NCBI GenBank assembly: GCA_048264885.1
Contig: JBLXCO010000002.1
Span: 485,040 to 549,039 of the forward strand
Source: Bacteriovoracaceae bacterium
GTDB lineage: Bacteria; Bdellovibrionota; Bacteriovoracia; Bacteriovoracales; Bacteriovoracaceae
Length of the DNA stretch: 64,000 bases
Reading direction: 5' to 3'
In this document: positions 35,876 through 44,178 of the stretch, one piece after another
Layout: each line of letters begins with the position of its first letter
Position numbering within the stretch: position 1 is the stretch's first letter
Program-made: the position numbers and the translations under genes
Notes under the pieces: generated by a model
The model's database searches: none
Told to the model about the DNA's origin: nothing
The model's input: the letters and a program-made list of their open reading frames with translations, nothing else

Positions 35876-36163
35876 TTATTGGTCGTGCTCGGTTATTGTG
35901 CAACCAACTCGCTCTCCTAAATATGAGGCGGTGTAGCGCTTTCCAAGTGCCCAGGCGGTGACCGTCATCTTCGCTTCATCGACATGCTTGCCCTTGATTG
36001 GAATCACCTGTGAGGCGTGGTTATGGCAGTAGGCCTCTGATTGCTTCATCACAAAGTGACAGGAGCAAAATTCTTTTGCGTAGTATGAGCTAATGACCCC
36101 AGGAATTTCACAACCTGTGAGGGTGAGTAGCGATAGGGCGCAGATCATTAATGGGAGTCTCAT
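35876..36163 (-). CDS. Small lipoprotein (95 aa)
   Basis: Lipobox 'LLTLTGC'. The start overlaps the stop of the upstream hydrolase gene (TAATG). Several further Cys residues. Confidence 0.6.
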   Translation of the reverse strand: MRLPLMICALSLLTLTGCEIPGVISSYYAKEFCSCHFVMKQSEAYCHNHASQVIPIKGKHVDEAKMTVTAWALGKRYTASYLGERVGCTITEHDQ

Positions 36164-37242
36164 TACTTGCTCTCCTGCTTAAGGACTTCAAGGGCGAGTT
36201 TTAAAAGCGTGTCCGTATCGATGCGCTTGTCTTTATCTTCTCCCGTGCGCACGACCACGGCGTCGAGATCTGGAAACACCGCAATCATCTGGCCGTGGTG
36301 ACCTGAGGCGATCATGGTATTTTCTGGAGCACTTGGGTAGGGTCGCTTGAGATCCTTTGCGGGTAAATCCCAATTGAGCCACCAACTGTAACCATAAGAC
36401 TCGCGCTTAGCAGAACCCAAGAGCTTAGTCTTTAAAAAGGCGGGCGCGATTTCACCGCTCGCCTTGACCCAACCCTTGGGGAGGATGGCCTCACCTTGCC
36501 ACACTCCATCGCGCGCGTAGAGGAGTCCAAAGCGCGCGGCATCTCTTGGAGTCATATAAAGATAGCTTGAGCACACAAAGTTGCCGACTCCATCGCGCTC
36601 CCAAGTGGCGCTGGTGATGCCCAGGGGAGTGAAGAGCTCGTCCCAGGGAAAGTCGTGATAAAGCTGAGTATCTCCCAGGGCCTTTCTAAGCATATGACAA
36701 AGTAGATTGGTTTCCCCTGAACTATAGTTAAAGCGCTTGCCGGCCTTCTTTTTCATGTCTTGATTGGCGGTGTAGCGGGCCATATTTTTTTGGCCATCGA
36801 GGTAGAGCATCGCAATGACATTTGATTTTAGTGGATTGGCCTCATAGCCCTCGCTCCAGTCGATACCTGAACTCATTTGCAGCAGATCTTTTATTTTGAT
36901 GCTATCGGCTTCGGGGCGGTTGAGTCGCGGCTCGAGAGTGTAGGCGTAGGTGTCTAAACTCAAGATTCCTTTTTTGGTGGCGATTCCAATGAGTGCGCTG
37001 GCAAAGGATTTGCTCACAGACCATAGGAGGTGAGGCTTTGTCGCACTAAAGCCGTGGGCATACTTTTCAAAAATAATTTTCTCACCTTTTAGAACGAGTA
37101 GCCCATCGGTTTGGAACTTGGCCCCAGGGTCAAAGGCATAATTCTCTAGCGCCTGTGTGGCGGCGTTTTTTAGCGGTGTCGCTTCGAGGGCCCGTGCCAG
37201 CTCGAAATGAAAAAGTGCGCATAAAAGGAGGAAATATTTCAT
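36163..37242 (-). CDS. Serine hydrolase, beta-lactamase/DD-peptidase family (S12-like), secreted
   Basis: Signal peptide, SxxK motif 'WSVSKSFAS', 'FNYSSGETNLL' and 'ASGHHGQMIAVFP'. Confidence 0.75.
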   Translation of the reverse strand: MKYFLLLCALFHFELARALEATPLKNAATQALENYAFDPGAKFQTDGLLVLKGEKIIFEKYAHGFSATKPHLLWSVSKSFASALIGIATKKGILSLDTYAYTLEPRLNRPEADSIKIKDLLQMSSGIDWSEGYEANPLKSNVIAMLYLDGQKNMARYTANQDMKKKAGKRFNYSSGETNLLCHMLRKALGDTQLYHDFPWDELFTPLGITSATWERDGVGNFVCSSYLYMTPRDAARFGLLYARDGVWQGEAILPKGWVKASGEIAPAFLKTKLLGSAKRESYGYSWWLNWDLPAKDLKRPYPSAPENTMIASGHHGQMIAVFPDLDAVVVRTGEDKDKRIDTDTLLKLALEVLKQESK

Positions 37243-37373
37243 AGCGTTTTACCCCGGTAAAAGCTGCAGGGGAAACTTTAACCCCGTCTTCATTGTTAAC
37301 TGACTCTTAAAGTTATTCGATACAATGAAATAAGAATCGTTTCATATCTTAGCTACTCTCAAAAGGAGTCGTC

Positions 37374-38612
37374 ATGCGCGCAGTGCTATTGGTGCTCTTC
37401 CTGCTTACTCTCGGTTTGCGAAGTGCGTGGGCCGGATGGAGTGATGCCGCCCTCAACTATCAGAATTCATACGACTTTGATGTCGAAGATGGCTATCTCT
37501 CCACCGTCTGGGGCTCTTGTCATTCGCCCAATCCCAAATGGGACAGAATGCGGGCCAAGCTGGTCAATTGGAATGTCACTACCGATGAACTCTACTACCG
37601 AACGCTTCCTACTAAAATGGCGCTGACAACCGATCACCGCGCTCGTGTGAAAAAAGCCCCGGTGATGTTCTTTATTCCCGGCGCTTTTACTAATCTTGAC
37701 GAAAAAATGCCCAAGCATTTTATCGACCGCTTTACCAAACTTGGCTACCACGTCTTTGTGGTCCCCAACCCTTGGGGCACTCAGTATGTTTCTAGAAAGC
37801 CCAAGACGATCACGGGTCACATTGAGGCCGAAGCTTATACCCTCTATGATGTTTTTAAAAAGGCCCATCGCTATTTAACAGAAAAGGGCTATGCCAATGG
37901 AGAGTATCATATCAGTGGAGTCAGCTACGGGGCCTTCCTCTCGGCGATGATCTCTGGTATTGCCGCCAGTGATCCAGCGCAAGTGGTCTCTTTTAAGTCA
38001 ACGACCATTATCTCGCCCCCCCTTGATTTGGGACTCGCTTTAGACAACCTTGATTCTGTGCTTGATGAGACTGTCGACTACACGTCGATGTGGCTGCCTA
38101 GACTTGCCCGCAAGTATCTCTCGATTTGTCGCGTAGATATGGATGATGTGGGCCGATATTCTAAGCGCGACGCCATGGGGCTTGCGGCCTCGCAAGGCTT
38201 TCACGTGAATTTAATTAACTCACTTCGCCTCTATGACAAGTTGTGGAACCTCAATACCATTCCCGGAAATTTCTGGGGGGCGTTTTCACGCAGCTATCGC
38301 CGTTGGCGAAAAGAGATGTCTTTTAGTAAGTACTTTCGCCAGTACAACCGAGGGGCAGCGCAAATTGTCGATGGCCCCAAAGGAAAGCTCTCTTATTGGA
38401 TTGCCATGGCCCGCGAACACTCGGATACGCGCATTCAAGTTCTCATGGCCAGTGATGACTTTCTCAATACCGATTACACTAAGAGTGTAGTTCGAAATGA
38501 TCTAAACGAGGGGGAGCTCATCGAACTTCCCACCGGCGGGCACTTTGGCTTTCGTGCCCTGCCATGGTTTGATGAGCTCTTAGAGCGGGCCTTTTCAAAA
38601 GAGTTCTATTGA
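37374..38612 (+). CDS. Secreted alpha/beta-hydrolase-like protein
   Basis: Signal peptide 'VLLVLFLLTLGLRSAWA', nucleophile elbow 'ISGVSYGAF' and C-terminal 'PTGGHFGF'. AAGGAG upstream. Confidence 0.6.
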   Translation: MRAVLLVLFLLTLGLRSAWAGWSDAALNYQNSYDFDVEDGYLSTVWGSCHSPNPKWDRMRAKLVNWNVTTDELYYRTLPTKMALTTDHRARVKKAPVMFFIPGAFTNLDEKMPKHFIDRFTKLGYHVFVVPNPWGTQYVSRKPKTITGHIEAEAYTLYDVFKKAHRYLTEKGYANGEYHISGVSYGAFLSAMISGIAASDPAQVVSFKSTTIISPPLDLGLALDNLDSVLDETVDYTSMWLPRLARKYLSICRVDMDDVGRYSKRDAMGLAASQGFHVNLINSLRLYDKLWNLNTIPGNFWGAFSRSYRRWRKEMSFSKYFRQYNRGAAQIVDGPKGKLSYWIAMAREHSDTRIQVLMASDDFLNTDYTKSVVRNDLNEGELIELPTGGHFGFRALPWFDELLERAFSKEFY

Positions 38613-40033
38613 ATCTCTTGCAAGATGTCTTCAAGTAGAATGCGAAGATCAGGTGGAGAGAGCTTTGTCTCTTCATCTTCTTCGTATTTTTCATAGAGCT
38701 TTTTATACTTATTTACTTTCCAAATAGAGCCAAGGGCCATGCCACCGACTGGTCTTTTAGAAGCGATTTGCGGATAGAAGACATAGTCAACGCGTTTAAT
38801 ACCTAGCTCTTCTCGGGTTTTGTCATCGAGGAAGGCCTTGGCAAAACTCTCAAATGCCGGACGTGGCTGATAGCGACTGGGATCATTGCCAAAGGCGAAG
38901 TTGAGTGTTTCTCCATTATCGCCTAAAAGGCGCAGAGGCGTGCTGAGCACACCTGCCATAGAGTTTGTGAACTGCACGTACTTTCCTTCGATACCTGCCA
39001 TTTTGAGCGCCTTCACGGTTTCAGTGGTGCAATTGAACTGACCGGTGATATCGAGCTTCTTAGTTCTAAATTCAATGTGAGAAGCTTCAAGGGCATCGCG
39101 AAAGAGTTTGAGCTTCTTATGATCAATTCCATAGGCAATGAGAGTGTATGTAGGGCGGTAGACATTTTGTCCTTGAACTAAGTGAGAGAAGTAATTGGTA
39201 AGAGCAGTGTTACCAGAGAGAATATCTTTACCGTTAGTGACGTAGGCGTTTGAAACTTCTCCTCGCAAAGACAGGTCGTCTTTGACCGTGGCAAGACCCG
39301 CTACAAAGTGACCATTCACACTCCCAAAGCTATCGCCTTGACGACCTGAGAGCGTGATAATGAGGGCGTGATCTCCCTTTTCCACTCCCTGTCCCTGGCC
39401 TTCAAAGAGGGTGACGCGAAAGGGTTTTTTCGCCTGAGAATTCACGTTTCTTGGCATGTGCTTAAAGATGAGGGCCTGTCCGTCTTTATAAAATGGGGCC
39501 TTCGAAGCATTAAAGAGAAAGGCGGGCGTCAGTGCTTGCATCACAAAGACTGAGTTTTCATCATAGTAACCGTCAATGATGAGGTCGCGTCCAATCAGAG
39601 AACTTTTTGAGACTTCATCAAACTCATAGCCATTGAGAACTTTGGTATATCCAAAGCGCGCCTCTTGGCCGGCCACGCGATATTTTCCAGTGGGGGCGAT
39701 GAACTCCAATGTTGCTCGCAGACTCACGGGCCCTGGAACGTTGGTGGGCACCTGCTCGAGCTTGAATTGATCGCCCTCAAGGGTTCCTTTAAACTCATAA
39801 CTATAGGGGCGTTTATTTGATTGCTTTACAAATTCGGGATGAGTCAGGCTTGGCAGTGATTTCTTGATAAGATCGGTAGTGACGATTTTATGTTCGCCCT
39901 CGCTATTTTTAATCCAAAAGTCTTCACCCTTTTGTACCAAAGAGCCGGTGATAAATTCACTACCATAGGCTTGGCCCAAAGTGAGGGCAAGAGTCGTAAA
40001 GGCCAAGAGACCAAGTGAAGTTGATCTTCTCAT
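38606..40033 (-). CDS. Secreted hypothetical protein (475 aa)
   Basis: Signal peptide 'LGLLAFTTLALTLGQAYG' and an uninterrupted ORF. No family recognised. Confidence 0.65.
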   Translation of the reverse strand: MRRSTSLGLLAFTTLALTLGQAYGSEFITGSLVQKGEDFWIKNSEGEHKIVTTDLIKKSLPSLTHPEFVKQSNKRPYSYEFKGTLEGDQFKLEQVPTNVPGPVSLRATLEFIAPTGKYRVAGQEARFGYTKVLNGYEFDEVSKSSLIGRDLIIDGYYDENSVFVMQALTPAFLFNASKAPFYKDGQALIFKHMPRNVNSQAKKPFRVTLFEGQGQGVEKGDHALIITLSGRQGDSFGSVNGHFVAGLATVKDDLSLRGEVSNAYVTNGKDILSGNTALTNYFSHLVQGQNVYRPTYTLIAYGIDHKKLKLFRDALEASHIEFRTKKLDITGQFNCTTETVKALKMAGIEGKYVQFTNSMAGVLSTPLRLLGDNGETLNFAFGNDPSRYQPRPAFESFAKAFLDDKTREELGIKRVDYVFYPQIASKRPVGGMALGSIWKVNKYKKLYEKYEEDEETKLSPPDLRILLEDILQEIQ

Positions 40034-40159
40034 CGTGTGTTCCTAGTTAGAGTATAAGCATTATAAATGGGAGCAAGTATGAGGCCAAAGAGATTTTGGA
40101 TAAGTGGCCCAAAATGAGCTTTTAGAGGCTTTTAAGGGCCGGGTGTGTCTGTCCTCTAG

Positions 40160-40188
40160 ACGGGCCGTCTAAAAAATCGACGGCCCGT
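40160..40188 (-). other. GC-rich stem-loop (10-bp perfect stem, 9-nt loop)
   Basis: ACGGGCCGTC-TAAAAAATC-GACGGCCCGT read directly. It lies 10 nt downstream of the 42-codon ORF and 127 nt upstream of the 475-aa gene. There is no trailing U-tract on the minus strand. Confidence 0.6.
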
Positions 40189-40197
40189 GATATTTCA

Positions 40198-40326
40198 TTA
40201 GAGGTGGATGAGGCAGTGAATTTGCGACTTTCTCAGTTCGCTCTCGATTAAGTAGTCATGGCGTTCTTGCGGGTCATAGAAGCTCACGCGCCCCGAAGTT
40301 AAGTAATGCCAGAGATTGTGTAACAT
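40198..40326 (-). CDS. Small ORF, 42 aa (MLHNLWHYLTSGRVSFYDPQERHDYLIESELRKSQIHCLIHL), not in the ORF track
   Basis: ATG at 40326 is preceded by AAAGGGAGGA (40331-40340) with about 5-nt spacing. The reading frame runs to TAA at 40198-40200. It is divergent from the XRE regulator gene. Confidence 0.45.
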   Translation of the reverse strand: MLHNLWHYLTSGRVSFYDPQERHDYLIESELRKSQIHCLIHL

Positions 40327-40392
40327 AACGTCCTCCCTTTGTTGTTTTTAAGATCGTCGCATTCGTGTTATTATTCAATACTTAAAAGTGAA

Positions 40393-40409
40393 GTATCACT
40401 ATGTGATAC
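40393..40409. promoter_or_regulatory. Perfect palindrome GTATCAC-TAT-GTGATAC, candidate operator
   Basis: Read directly. It lies 24 bp upstream of the XRE-family regulator ATG (40433), in the 106-bp divergent intergenic region. Confidence 0.5.
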
Positions 40410-40432
40410 CTTAGTAGCGAAGGAGTCCACTC

Positions 40433-41167
40433 ATGTCCCAAGTCGCTGGGCTGCTCGAGTCTTTTAAAAATACGCTTAAATCCCGTGGTCTCACCTACCG
40501 GGATTTAGCACTAGCGCTGGAGCTTTCAGAGTCGAGCGTGAAGCGTCTCCTAAGCACTAAGGCCCTCTCCCTGGAGCGTTTAGAATTTCTTTGCGAACAC
40601 TTTGATATATCCCTGTCTGAAGTCATTAAGCGCGCCAACTTAGAGCGCGAAGATTCGCAAGCGTCGATGAGCTTTGAGCAAGAGAGTGCTCTGGCCAAGG
40701 AACCGGAACTATTGGCCCTCTACTCTTTGCTTTATTCGGGCCTAAAAGTCAGTGAGATCTTGCGCCGATATGAGCTCACCAAGGCCCGTTGTGAGCGCCT
40801 GCTGCTGAGTCTTGATAAGCTCAATCTCATTGAATTACACGCTGGCAATCGAGTGAGAATGAATTCTGGGGCCGGGCTCGCCTTCAAAAAAGATGGGCCT
40901 TTAGGGGCGATGCTCTTTAAGGTCGCCCGCGAGCGTTTTTTAAATGACAATTTTAGCGGTGAACAGGACTTCATCCGCTTTGCCAATATTAAATTGACTC
41001 CGGTCTTGATCACTAAGTTGCGCCACCGCCTGAGCGTCATTGAAAAGGAGATTGAAGAGGAATCGCGCTTTGTGCGCGATGAGACCCCCGGCGCCCGAGA
41101 AATGGGAGTGATGCTTGCCTTTAGGCCTTGGCATTTTGAGCAGTTTAGCGCCTTAAAAAAGAAATGA
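40433..41167 (+). CDS. XRE-family helix-turn-helix transcriptional regulator
   Basis: N-terminal HTH-like 'LKSRGLTYRDLALALELSESSVKRLLS'. GAAGGAG 7 nt upstream of the ATG. The ~170-aa C-terminal domain is unassigned. Confidence 0.7.
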   Translation: MSQVAGLLESFKNTLKSRGLTYRDLALALELSESSVKRLLSTKALSLERLEFLCEHFDISLSEVIKRANLEREDSQASMSFEQESALAKEPELLALYSLLYSGLKVSEILRRYELTKARCERLLLSLDKLNLIELHAGNRVRMNSGAGLAFKKDGPLGAMLFKVARERFLNDNFSGEQDFIRFANIKLTPVLITKLRHRLSVIEKEIEEESRFVRDETPGAREMGVMLAFRPWHFEQFSALKKK

Positions 41168-41274
41168 ATCTGGCCAATCAAAATCTAAGATTTAAAGGCC
41201 TGTTTACAACTTGAAATTGTGTGTCATTTAGCGCATAAGGGGAAGGCCAAAACATCATCTTCAAGGGAGACCCC

Positions 41275-41583
41275 ATGCGCTCAATTCTACTTGTTCTCAC
41301 TCTAGCTTTTTCTACCCACGCCCGCGCCAACTGCCTATCGGCCATTTATGATCTAGGGATTCGCTCTGATTATCCAGTCAATGTGCACTTTGACTCAGTG
41401 ATTGCCCCGGGAGAGACGGTCAATAATTACCGCGGCCAGATTCTCTTTACCAATGAGACTGGCGAGAAACTCGATTTCTACCGCGTGAGTGGCAGTGTGC
41501 ATTCAGGCTACTTTCTAGATGGTGTGGTGATCTCTGCAAAAGACTGCACGGTGATTGATCACTTTGAACTGGCCAGTGAATAA
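41275..41583 (+). CDS. Small secreted hypothetical protein (102 aa)
   Basis: Signal peptide 'MRSILLVLTLAFSTHARA'. GGGAGA upstream. Confidence 0.55.
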   Translation: MRSILLVLTLAFSTHARANCLSAIYDLGIRSDYPVNVHFDSVIAPGETVNNYRGQILFTNETGEKLDFYRVSGSVHSGYFLDGVVISAKDCTVIDHFELASE

Positions 41584-41682
41584 AAATAATTAGATAGAGA
41601 CGATCTCTTCGAGCGCCTTGACTTGCGCCGCCCCAATTGAGATATCGCCGTTTATCAATATTAAATAAGCTATAGGTGACTT

Positions 41683-42204
41683 ATGAAAAAGCTCGTTGTT
41701 GCTCTCGTTCTGTGTTTTTCTCAGGCCTTTGCCGCTGATCTACAGACTCACTTTGATTCGTTGGTTAAACCAAGTGCCGATCAAGGAGAGTTTACGCTGA
41801 CTCTTTCAATCGATAGAAATGGCTCTACTGGTGAAACTCTGAAAGAGATCCTCAGTAATCTCTCTCATATGGAAGATATCGTTATCTCTACAATTGACGT
41901 CGAGTACGGCCGAAGTGTGGAGGCCAATGTTGAGCGTGCTATTGCCAATTTAGGTCTCGCCCAAGATGGTTTTTTCTGTAGCGCTTTTATAGACTTTCAA
42001 GATGACGTTGATTTTGAGACAGGCAAGTGTGGCGAGCTCGTAAAAGCACTCTTGACCCCTTTCTTTGCCACTAAGGGACTCTTTCGTGCCAAGGCAATCT
42101 ATGTCGAGGGCAATTACTATGGTGATTGGATCTACTCTCACCTCATCCTAGAGACTCAGGAAGAGGTGATCGTGCTCGATTTTGATATTGTTCACGAAAT
42201 TTAA
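41683..42204 (+). CDS. Small secreted hypothetical protein (173 aa)
   Basis: Signal peptide 'MKKLVVALVLCFSQAFA'. A strong terminator follows. Confidence 0.6.
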   Translation: MKKLVVALVLCFSQAFAADLQTHFDSLVKPSADQGEFTLTLSIDRNGSTGETLKEILSNLSHMEDIVISTIDVEYGRSVEANVERAIANLGLAQDGFFCSAFIDFQDDVDFETGKCGELVKALLTPFFATKGLFRAKAIYVEGNYYGDWIYSHLILETQEEVIVLDFDIVHEI

Positions 42205-42219
42205 ATAATAGTTAAAAAA

Positions 42220-42246
42220 GCCTCTCAATTGAGAGGCTTTTTTTTT
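42220..42246. terminator. Bidirectional rho-independent terminator
   Basis: GCCTCTC-AATT-GAGAGGC flanked by A6 upstream and T9 downstream. It sits between convergent genes ending at 42204 and 42245. Confidence 0.85.
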
Positions 42247-43036
42247 ACTTGGTTTTCTTTGTTGATTTTTTGGTCGCTTTCTTGGCAGTTTTCTTGGCCG
42301 TTTTCTTTGTCGTCTTTTGGGCCGCTTTCTTGGTGACCTTTTTCGCCGCTTGAGTGGGTGCTTTCTTGGTTACTTTCTTTGCTACTTTGGCCGTCTTTTT
42401 GTCTGTGGCCTTGGCCGTTTTCTTGGTGGTTTTTTTGGTCGCTGCTTTGGGCGTTTCTTTAGCTACTTTCTGGGCCACTTTCTTGGTCACTTTTTTTGTT
42501 TCTTTCTTTTCTGCTTTTGGGGCCGCCTGCTTGGTCGTTTTTTTGGGGGCCTTGGCAGCAAGGGTGCTCACTTTCTTTTTAACTTCCTTGCGCGCTTTTT
42601 GCACTTCATCTTCAACTTCTTTTCTCACGCGCTTGGCTTCGCGCTCGACATCGGCCTTTACTTTGAGTGCTTCTTTTTTCATATTCTCAGCTTCGCGCGC
42701 GACTTCTTTTGAAACGCGATCGATGGCCTTATTAATTTTCTTTTTTGTGGTCTTAACCACTGTTTCAAAGACATCCATGGTCTCGCCGGCCTCGAGTCGT
42801 AAATTTCTTAGCTCTTCAACCAGTTGCGAGTAGAAGCCTTGAATTTTCTTTTTCTGCACATTCACCTTGTCATAGCGTTGGTGAAAAATAGTGGCGAGTT
42901 CTTTGTAGCGCTCTTCATTGAGAGATTTTATCTGCGCTAGCAGGTCCGTGCACTTTTCACGAAAATCGGCCTTCTTCTTTTTGACCTGTCCTTCGAGTTG
43001 TTCTTTTTGTTTTTTCAGAAAGTCGGGAAGTCCCAT
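42245..43036 (-). CDS. Lysine/alanine-rich histone-H1-like protein with N-terminal coiled coil
   Basis: The C-terminal ~100 aa are degenerate (A/T)KK(A/T/V)xKK repeats ('KKTTKKTAKATDKKTAKVAKKVTKKAP...'). The N-terminal half is charged and heptad-like. ATG 43036 has GGAG 6 nt upstream; ATG 43051 is also possible. Confidence 0.7.
   Translation of the reverse strand: MGLPDFLKKQKEQLEGQVKKKKADFREKCTDLLAQIKSLNEERYKELATIFHQRYDKVNVQKKKIQGFYSQLVEELRNLRLEAGETMDVFETVVKTTKKKINKAIDRVSKEVAREAENMKKEALKVKADVEREAKRVRKEVEDEVQKARKEVKKKVSTLAAKAPKKTTKQAAPKAEKKETKKVTKKVAQKVAKETPKAATKKTTKKTAKATDKKTAKVAKKVTKKAPTQAAKKVTKKAAQKTTKKTAKKTAKKATKKSTKKTK
42248..42560 (-). repeat. Degenerate in-frame coding repeats (AAG/AAA-rich) encoding the KK-repeat tail
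   Basis: Reiterated cttggc / tttctt motifs on the plus strand. They generate the spurious Phe/Leu/Gly-rich shadow ORFs 42317..42712 and 42354..42833. Confidence 0.7.
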
Positions 43037-43161
43037 GATGATCTCCGCCATTGATGGTTATAGTTTAATCGCCTCCAAGTTTATCACATTTTTTAATTGT
43101 GGGCCCGTGCTCGCTCCTTTAAGATGGGTTATCACACGTTCATTATAGCTATGGAGTTTCT

Positions 43162-44175
43162 ATGAATTACGCGTCAAATAAGAAGTACCACGTCTACGGA
43201 ATCGGCAACGCTCTGGTCGACATGGAGTATGAAGTCTCCGACGAGTATCTGGCGCGCATGAATGTGGAAAAGGGAGTGATGACGCTGGTTGAAGAGGAGC
43301 GTCAAACTGAATTGCTATCTGTTCTTTCTGGCGAGCAACACAAGCGTGCCTGTGGGGGCTCTGCGGCCAACACCATTATTGCCGTGGCCTCTTTGGGTGG
43401 AAAATCATTTTATTCGTGTAAAGTCGCCGCCGATGAGAGTGGGGATTTCTATTCTAATGATCTAAGTTCTCACGGCGTGGCCACCAATCTCGTGGGTAAG
43501 CGCGAGCAGGGCAAAACCGGCAAGTGTATGGTCTTCGTGACTCCTGACGCCGAGCGCACGATGAATACTTACCTGGGCATCACCGCCCACTTTAGTGATC
43601 GCGAATTGGTCCTCGATGAGATCTCTCAAAGTGAGTACCTCTATATCGAGGGTTATTTAGTGACTTCCCCCAACGCTCGCGCCGCTGCGATTAAGGCGCG
43701 CACTCACGCTGAAAATGCTGGTGTGAAGACGGCGCTCACTTTTAGTGACCCCAGCATGACTTCTTACTTTGCCGAGGGTCTCAAGGAAATGATTGGAGAG
43801 AAGGGTGTTGATCTGCTCTTTTGCAATGGCACAGAGGCGCTTCAATTTACCGGCTGTAAAGAGATTCACGAAGCGGCCATTGAGCTTAAGAAAGTGGCGC
43901 GCAGCTTTGCCATCACTTTAGGGGCCCAAGGGGCCTTAGTTTTTGATGGGGAGCACGATATTGAAATTGTCGCCCCTCAAGTAAAACCCGTGGACTCAAA
44001 TGGGGCAGGGGACCTCTTTGCCGGGGCTTTTCTCTATGCTATTACCCATGGAAAGACTTTTGCCCAAGCAGGACGTCTGGCCACCACTGCGGCCAGTGAG
44101 CTGGTCACTCGCTTTGGGCCAAGACTTCCCCAAGATAAATTACTCTCAATTAAAGATAGCGTGTTTGGAGCCTAA
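43162..44175 (+). CDS. PfkB-family kinase, adenosine-kinase-like
   Basis: 'YGIGNALVDMEY', 'GGSAANT' and the anion-hole motif 'DSNGAGDLFAGAFLYA'. Confidence 0.7.
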   Translation: MNYASNKKYHVYGIGNALVDMEYEVSDEYLARMNVEKGVMTLVEEERQTELLSVLSGEQHKRACGGSAANTIIAVASLGGKSFYSCKVAADESGDFYSNDLSSHGVATNLVGKREQGKTGKCMVFVTPDAERTMNTYLGITAHFSDRELVLDEISQSEYLYIEGYLVTSPNARAAAIKARTHAENAGVKTALTFSDPSMTSYFAEGLKEMIGEKGVDLLFCNGTEALQFTGCKEIHEAAIELKKVARSFAITLGAQGALVFDGEHDIEIVAPQVKPVDSNGAGDLFAGAFLYAITHGKTFAQAGRLATTAASELVTRFGPRLPQDKLLSIKDSVFGA

Positions 44176-44178
44176 AAA

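Noticed and set aside
40732-41181. 149-aa minus-strand ORF opposite the XRE regulator
   Set aside because: It is antisense to a gene with a recognisable HTH and a good SD, and it has no features of its own.
42317-42833. Phe/Leu/Gly-rich plus-strand ORFs of 131 and 159 aa
   Set aside because: They are the complement of the AAG/AAA-rich lysine-repeat gene, so they are a low-complexity artefact.
43081-43136. Direct repeat TTATCACA (43081-43088 and 43129-43136), sharing TATCAC with the XRE palindrome
   Set aside because: By rough estimate, an 8-mer repeating once within about 110 bp has a chance probability near 0.1. There is no dyad symmetry, so there is not enough evidence to link it to the regulator.
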